64,000 nucleotides of DNA from Candidatus Omnitrophota bacterium (lineage in GTDB: Bacteria > Omnitrophota > Gorgyraeia > Zapsychrales > Fredricksoniimonadaceae). The notes under the pieces were generated by a model. That model made no database searches. It was not told where the DNA came from and saw only the letters and a program-made list of their open reading frames with translations. How positions within the stretch are numbered: position 1 is the first letter of the stretch; each line of letters opens with the position of its first letter. The position numbers and the translations under genes were made by a program. The stretch spans positions 7,952 through 71,951 of the forward strand of contig CAWHFJ010000013.1 of assembly GCA_963828495.1 (NCBI GenBank), given 5' to 3'. This document shows, one piece after another, positions 28,786-35,400 of the stretch.

Positions 28786-30009
28786 TTACTTAATTGTAGA
28801 CGTCACCATTAAACCGCCATTCAATTTCTTTTCTAACTCTTCCACCTGCTTTTGAAGGACATTGATCTCCCTGGCTTCTTCATCATTTCTTTTTTGCATG
28901 TCTTCAAATTTCTTGTCCAACTCCTTAATGGCATTAACAGCTGCGGCGAGAATGGGCGTTGTGCTGACTTGTTTGTAGCCTTCCCCGCCGATATTGACCG
29001 CTTCGGGAAGCGCCTTCTCAACGTCCTGAGCAATAAACCCGGAATAACGCACTCCCCCGTCATAAAGATAGGAATCTTTTTTCCACGAATAAGTCTGAGG
29101 ATTGATTTTAGATATTGCGGATAAGCCTTGGTCAAAACTGCCGTGAATGTCCTTGAGCCGCACATCAGAGGTGCAGCTCATCAAACCGGCCGCGCTTGTC
29201 TGAACGCCAGCGCAAGAAACAAGCCCTGCAACAGTAAGACTTCCGCCGTTAAGCACCCTCGCGCTTCCAAACACGTCAAGCTTTGACCCCGGCGTGATCG
29301 ATCCAATCCCCACATTACCAACCTGCACGATTAAACTCCCTCCGGGAGTGATCCATGTGCCGATGCCTACATTACCGTTAGTCACAACCAGACCGGCCTG
29401 TGGAGTCGTCGTGCCTATGCCCACGTTGCCTAATCTTACAGCAACACCAATATCGGAAACATCCATTGTAGGCGCAGCCGCCGTTCCGATTTCAAATTCA
29501 GGTTGGGCCATCTGATAGGCGCCCTGACCAGGACGATTTTCATACCGTATGTTCCTTTGATTGGTTAAACCTTTAAATACAAAATCTACTAGATCCACGC
29601 TCCCCAATTGCTGAAACATGGCACCATTAACGCCATTTCTATTTTGCATATTTAATGCTACTGTCCCATATGTATCTCCCGTTTCTTGAAAAGTTAAACC
29701 TGTGTTGGCTGTAATTACTGAGTTAACTGCTCCAAAGGCCCATTGTGCCCCCCCAGTCACCCACGTCCCAATCCCCACATTGCCGTTCATCACCACTAAA
29801 GCTGCTTCACCGGCTCCACCGACAAAGGTTGTACCGATGCCGAGATTTCCACTATGGTACGCATCCCCAATCGTGCTAAACGGCTTTGCCGGCACCCATG
29901 TCCCTATCCCCACATTGCCGCCCATGACGCTCAAAGCAGCAGTCGATGTCTTAGTCGTGCCAATGCCTACATTACCGTTACTGTCAACCGCAAAAGGATC
30001 AGCTACCAT
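28786..30009 (-). CDS. Giant fibre protein 2, C-terminal part (GNVGIGT repeats plus Peptidase S74-like intramolecular chaperone domain)
   Basis: It begins (A)DPFAVDSNGNVGIGT, which in the larger paralogue directly follows ...MFQVSNGS. It therefore continues 29999..32419 across a 1-nt insertion near 30000-30004. The C-terminus is CTSDVRLKDIHG...GFIAQDVEKALPEAV plus a coiled coil. Confidence 0.8.
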   Translation of the reverse strand: MVADPFAVDSNGNVGIGTTKTSTAALSVMGGNVGIGTWVPAKPFSTIGDAYHSGNLGIGTTFVGGAGEAALVVMNGNVGIGTWVTGGAQWAFGAVNSVITANTGLTFQETGDTYGTVALNMQNRNGVNGAMFQQLGSVDLVDFVFKGLTNQRNIRYENRPGQGAYQMAQPEFEIGTAAAPTMDVSDIGVAVRLGNVGIGTTTPQAGLVVTNGNVGIGTWITPGGSLIVQVGNVGIGSITPGSKLDVFGSARVLNGGSLTVAGLVSCAGVQTSAAGLMSCTSDVRLKDIHGSFDQGLSAISKINPQTYSWKKDSYLYDGGVRYSGFIAQDVEKALPEAVNIGGEGYKQVSTTPILAAAVNAIKELDKKFEDMQKRNDEEAREINVLQKQVEELEKKLNGGLMVTSTIK

Positions 30010-32419
30010 TGCTGACCTGAAACATCACCGTCGGCGCCCACGTCCCTATCCCCACATTCCCGTTCATGACCACCAATCCTGCCCCAACCCCTGATGTTGT
30101 TCCTATCCCTACGGTGTTCGTCGTATTTATCCCGACGTTGCCCATGCCGCCGGCTAACGACCAATAGTTATTAGCCTCAACCCATGATGTTTTACAACTA
30201 CTGCCAAAACAAATCGTGCCTGTCGGGCTTACGTCTAAGGAACCAGCCGGAGCTACGGAGCTGATGCCGACGTTCCCATTTATGGTCAGCTGTTGCCCCG
30301 TGAGAGAGCCAGCTGAACCCGAGAATGTACCATATAACAATGAATATGTATGATCGTTTGCAAGACTCCCTTCCGGAACATTATTCACATAAAAAGAGTT
30401 TGAAGCGGTCTCATTATAGCCAGCATTGGCGCCGATAAAAATATCCCCTGAGCCTGTGCTATTGTTATTACCTGCTTGATATCCAAGAGCGGTGTTGTTA
30501 GAGCCTGTGGTGTTATTACCGAGCGCATAATATCCATTTGCGGTGTTGCTAGTGCCTGTGGTATTAAACCGGAGCGCATTATATCCATTTGCGGTGTTGG
30601 AAGATCCTGTGGTATTAGTAGAGAGCGCCCCTTCTCCATTTGCGGTGTTGTTAGAGCCTGTGGTGTTAGAATAGAGCGCCCAACTTCCATTTGCAGCGTT
30701 GTTAGAGCCTGTGGTGTTATTATAGAGCGCATTATATCCATACGCAGTGTTATTCAAATTTCCTGCTGCCGTTAAAACTCCAGCTTGATAACCGGCATAA
30801 ATACTTGTCGTGTCTGCATGCAAAGTTAAAATAGTAGTGCCTGAAGTGCCTGCCATAATACCAAAAGCCGTACCAATGCCAATGTTGCCGCTAACCACAT
30901 CCAGCAAATTCGCCGGCACCCATGTGCCTATCCCTACATTACCATTGGTCACCACCAATGCTCCTTGATTAGTCGCCTTGGTCCCTATCCCTACATTACC
31001 ATTATAATATGTGTCCCCCATGACGCTTAACGGTTTGACCGGCGCCCATGTCCCTATCCCCACATTGCCGTTCATAACAACTAATCCTGCTCCAACTCCC
31101 GAAGTCGTCCCTATACCTACGGTGTTCGTGGTGCTTATGCCGACGTTGCCCGTGCCGCCGGCTAACGACCAATAGTTATTAGCACTAGCCCATGATGTTT
31201 TACAACTACTGCCAAAACATATTGTGCCTGTCGGGCTTACGTCTAACGAACCCGCAGGAGTTATGGAGCCGATGCCTACATTACCACTGCCAAGAATTGT
31301 CATTAATGGTGTGCCATAGCCATTAGAAAATTGTGCCATAATGTCCGAATTGGCAAGATTAGTAACACCAGTACCGCCATTAGTTTTAAATCCCTGGAAT
31401 ATAATTGCTGCCAAACCATTTGTATTGGTGTTTCCAAAAACTCCACCTAGAGCTAATGGTTGATCACTATTATTATTGGAAGCGTTTGTACTAAATCCGT
31501 AAATCAATAAACCTCCCCATCCAGCACTATCATTATCAATTAAACCGTATGCATGAGTTGTTAAATTATTTGCTGAAGCGCCAAAACCAGCTGAAGAATA
31601 ATTTGGAATAGTTAGACTAGTGTCCTCAAATAGTACACCTGCACCCGCCGGGGAGACTAAGTCCATAGTATCCACCGGTATCCACGTGCCAATCCCCACG
31701 TTACCGTTCATCACCGTCAATGCGCCTTCACCGCCACCTCCGCCGACAAAGGTCGTGCCGATACCGATATTCCCATTATTATATTCATCCCCCGTCACGC
31801 TCAATGGTTTCGCCGGCGCCCATGTCCCTATCCCCACATTGCCGTTCATAACAACTAACCCTGCTCCAACTCCCGAAGTCGTCCCTATACCTACGGTGTT
31901 CGTGGTGCTTATCCCGACGTTGCCTGTGCCGCCGGCTAACGACCAATAGTTACTAGAACTCGCCCATGATGTTTTACAACTACTGCCAAAACATATCGTG
32001 CCTGTCGGGCTTACGTCTAACGAACCCGCCGGAGCTACGGAGCCGATCCCCACATTACCAACCACATTCAACGCCGAGCCCGGCACCCAGGTGCCGATGC
32101 CTACATTACCATTCATCACCGTCAATGCGCCAAGTGGCGTGCTCGTCCCGATGCCGATGTTCATATTAACGTTGGTATTGAAAGGCATATATGAGGCCAT
32201 CGCCGGTAAGGAACAAGCCATGCAAAGGAAACCAATGAGCATAAAAACAATCGATTTCTTACGGTCTGCTTCTATTAATTCCCTGAGAATCGTCACAAAA
32301 GACGGGTCTTGCCCACGCATTTTTCTATCGAGAGCTTTAATTTTAAGAAACTGGTATTGATCGGCGGTCAGATCAATAGAAGTCTTAATCATTCTCTCTT
32401 CGGGTTTCTTCTGTGCCAT
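29999..32419 (-). CDS. Giant fibre protein 2, N-terminal part (RHH-like segment, TM/signal segment, fibre repeats)
   Basis: Preferred start is MAQKKPEERMIKTSIDLTADQYQFLKIKALDRKMRG (ATG at 32419). The hydrophobic segment is IVFMLIGFLCMACSLPAMA. It has three 76-aa modules and a 17-aa NTxxG/NTTG repeat block. Confidence 0.8.
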   Translation of the reverse strand: MAQKKPEERMIKTSIDLTADQYQFLKIKALDRKMRGQDPSFVTILRELIEADRKKSIVFMLIGFLCMACSLPAMASYMPFNTNVNMNIGIGTSTPLGALTVMNGNVGIGTWVPGSALNVVGNVGIGSVAPAGSLDVSPTGTICFGSSCKTSWASSSNYWSLAGGTGNVGISTTNTVGIGTTSGVGAGLVVMNGNVGIGTWAPAKPLSVTGDEYNNGNIGIGTTFVGGGGGEGALTVMNGNVGIGTWIPVDTMDLVSPAGAGVLFEDTSLTIPNYSSAGFGASANNLTTHAYGLIDNDSAGWGGLLIYGFSTNASNNNSDQPLALGGVFGNTNTNGLAAIIFQGFKTNGGTGVTNLANSDIMAQFSNGYGTPLMTILGSGNVGIGSITPAGSLDVSPTGTICFGSSCKTSWASANNYWSLAGGTGNVGISTTNTVGIGTTSGVGAGLVVMNGNVGIGTWAPVKPLSVMGDTYYNGNVGIGTKATNQGALVVTNGNVGIGTWVPANLLDVVSGNIGIGTAFGIMAGTSGTTILTLHADTTSIYAGYQAGVLTAAGNLNNTAYGYNALYNNTTGSNNAANGSWALYSNTTGSNNTANGEGALSTNTTGSSNTANGYNALRFNTTGTSNTANGYYALGNNTTGSNNTALGYQAGNNNSTGSGDIFIGANAGYNETASNSFYVNNVPEGSLANDHTYSLLYGTFSGSAGSLTGQQLTINGNVGISSVAPAGSLDVSPTGTICFGSSCKTSWVEANNYWSLAGGMGNVGINTTNTVGIGTTSGVGAGLVVMNGNVGIGTWAPTVMFQVSNGS
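30038..30265 (-). repeat. 228-nt / 76-aa fibre module, copy 1 of 7
   Basis: Encodes ISSVAPAGSLDVSPTGTICFGSSCKTSWVEANNYWSLAGGMGNVGINTTNTVGIGTTSGVGAGLVVMNGNVGIGTW. Confidence 0.85.
31046..31273 (-). repeat. 228-nt / 76-aa fibre module, copy 2 of 7
   Basis: Encodes IGSITPAGSLDVSPTGTICFGSSCKTSWASANNYWSLAGGTGNVGISTTNTVGIGTTSGVGAGLVVMNGNVGIGTW. Confidence 0.85.
31820..32047 (-). repeat. 228-nt / 76-aa fibre module, copy 3 of 7
   Basis: Same module (…WASSSNYW…). It is part of the ~600-nt 5' region shared with gene 1. Confidence 0.85.
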
Positions 32420-32442
32420 ACCTTTACCTACATTAATTTCTC

Positions 32443-35400
32443 TCAATTCCCTATACGGGATTTGAGATCAGCTATTTCTTCCTTCATCGTTGCGATTTCT
32501 ACTCGCAAACCCTCAACTTGTGCCTCAAGCGTCTTGACACTATTGATTTTATTATTCAACGATTGCATGCCGAGGATCATATAACCCAGGGTATTGACCG
32601 GATTAACAATGTTGCCGTCATAATGCATCGCCCATGGAGCATCCTCAGCCATGACACCCACATATTCTGTTTTACTATCTCCCGTCCCCATGCCGGGTTT
32701 ATAACGGAAGCGGTAGACCTGGGTATGAAGTATTTTGTCAAGCGCATCGGAAGAATTGGCAAGACCAATAATATTTTTCCATTTCCGCAAAGAACCTGGG
32801 GCCGCCCAAGAAGTGACTCCGCTGTTGGCGGCAGCTACTGTCAACTGAAATCCGGCTGTGGGATTCTGAGCGGCAGGCAAAGTCATGGTCCATGAGGTTA
32901 CGGTGGCAGGGACAGTTATCGCTAGGGTCCCAGAAGTTGCGCCGGCAAGACGGATAACTCCGGCTTGAGAACCGGCATTACCCACATCCAATAACACGCC
33001 AGGGTTCGTGGTGCTGATACCCACGTTGCCGTTGGAATTGACGAACATTGCCGGAATAGGGTTCCCCCCTACGTTATAAACTCCAAACTCTAAACTACTT
33101 CCTGCACTGGCGTTTTCAATAATGTCAAGATTACTTGTTGTATTTACGCCAAAATTGAGCGAAGTACCTCCTCCAAGCCAACTGCCATTGGCAATCTTCA
33201 TCATGGGATCTCCAGCGACCAATCCCCACTGACTCATTCCTTCTCCAGCTCCATCACTTCTTCCGATGAAAGTTCCTACGGTAGGCGACGTTATGCTATT
33301 CGCAGTATCTATTACGTGGATCGCCCCGCCCTTAACATCCAGCTCGTAACTCGGCACCCAGGTGCCGATGCCCACGCTACCAGATATAGCTAATCCATTG
33401 CTTGGCCCCGCTGTACTGGCAGAATATCCAATGGCCGCATTCCCACTGACTTGCAACGTGCTTCCCGAAGCACTCGTCCCGATGCCCACGCTGGCATTAG
33501 TAAAATATGCTTGTGCATACCAAGAAGAAGCGGTAATTGTAAAGTGTTCGTAAGGATTGCCGCTGCCATCAGAGGTATACATGCGAATTCCACGCGGGTT
33601 TATGCCCGATGGATCCCCTCCCACAAGCGTGAGTGTATCAGGGGTTGCGGGGGCAGGGGCGGCCAGCGACCCACCAGTGATATTAACGCTTGATACCTTG
33701 CCGTTTAATATTATTGGATTTGTGCTTTCTACATCAAGACCGCCTACCGGAATCGTAGTGCCGATGCCAACGTTGCCTCCAGCCTGATTAAGACCATTAA
33801 AAATAATTGGAATAGTTCCTTCGACATCAAGCCTACCTGCCGGCTGATATGAGCCTATACCCGTGTTGCCGGTGGGAGTAATAGTCAAGGCGCCCCCGAC
33901 CCAAGTCCCACCCATTACAGGCTGAAATGTCATGATACCTGTGCTCCTAACGCCGAAATCACCGCTTCCGTCAGGGGAATAATTGAGCCATGTACCATTG
34001 CCATTACCGACAGAAAATATGAACGTTCCGGTTCTGATGTCCAAATTTTGAGCGGGACTCGTCACTCCGATACCGACATTGCCGTTTGTTATAATCAACC
34101 CTCCACCGTTAGCTGTTGTTGTCCCAACCCCGACAATTTCTAATGGAACAAGCGGCACCCAGGTGCCGATACCCACGTTGCCGTTCATGACGCTTAAAGC
34201 GGCAGTCGATGTCTTAATCGTACCAATGCCTACATTACCGTTACTGTCAACCGCAAAAGGATCAAAACCATTGCTGACCTGAAACATCACCGCCGGCACC
34301 CAAGTACCGATGCCCACATTACCGTTCATGACAACCAATCCCGCGCCAACTCCCGAAGTCGTCCCTATCCCTACCGTGTTCGTGGTACTTATCCCGACGT
34401 TACCTGTACCGCCGGCTAACGACCAATAGTTATTAGCACTAGCCCATGATGTTTTACAACTACTGCCAAAACATATTGTGCCTGTCGGGCTTACGTCTAA
34501 CGAACCCGCCGGAGCTACGGAGCCAATCCCCACATTGCCAACCCGCACGATTAAACTCCCACCGGAAGTGGTCCATGTGCCGATGCCCACATTACCATTG
34601 GTCACAACTAAACCACCTACCGGAGTAGCCGTGCCGATGCCGACATTACCAGCACCGGTAACTACATCATAAACTACAGTTCCAGCCTTATTATCCAAAT
34701 CGAGAATGTCTGAAGTAGCTGTATTAGAACCAAACACAGTTAGGGCTGGGTCTGTGGCTGTGCCGGCAATAAATCCTCCGGTAACGCCTGCATAAGCTCC
34801 ATGTATTTCTATCCCCCAATAAGCGGATAATTGCATCCTTTCACCATACCCATTTTGAATAACATTGTTGTTATCCCCAAATTGCAGTTGAGCTGCTTGC
34901 CCATTGGCAAATGCTGGTGCAAATCCGAATGTTCTTGGGGCAGCTGTACTTGAACCGGCAGCGTTCTCTAATATATTTCCAGTTGCTCCTATAGAGCCAT
35001 TGACGGCTAAAGTGGTTGTTAGAGACACCCATGTCCCGATGCCCACATTGCCATTCATTATGTCTAACGCGCCATTCGTCACCCATGTCCCTATCCCCAC
35101 ATTGCCGTTCATCACCGTCAATGCGCCTTCACCGCCACCTCCGCCGACAAAGGTCGTGCCGATACCGATATTCCCGTTATGATACGCATCCCCAGTCACG
35201 CTAAATGGCTTCGCCGGCGCCCATGTTCCTATCCCCACATTACCGTTCATGACCACCAAACCTGCCCCAACTCCTGAAGTCGTTCCTATACCTACGGTGT
35301 TCGTGGTGCTTATGCCGACGTTACCCGTGCCGCCTGCTAACGACCAATAGTTATTAGCACCAACCCATGATGTTTTACAACTACTGCCAAAACATATTGT

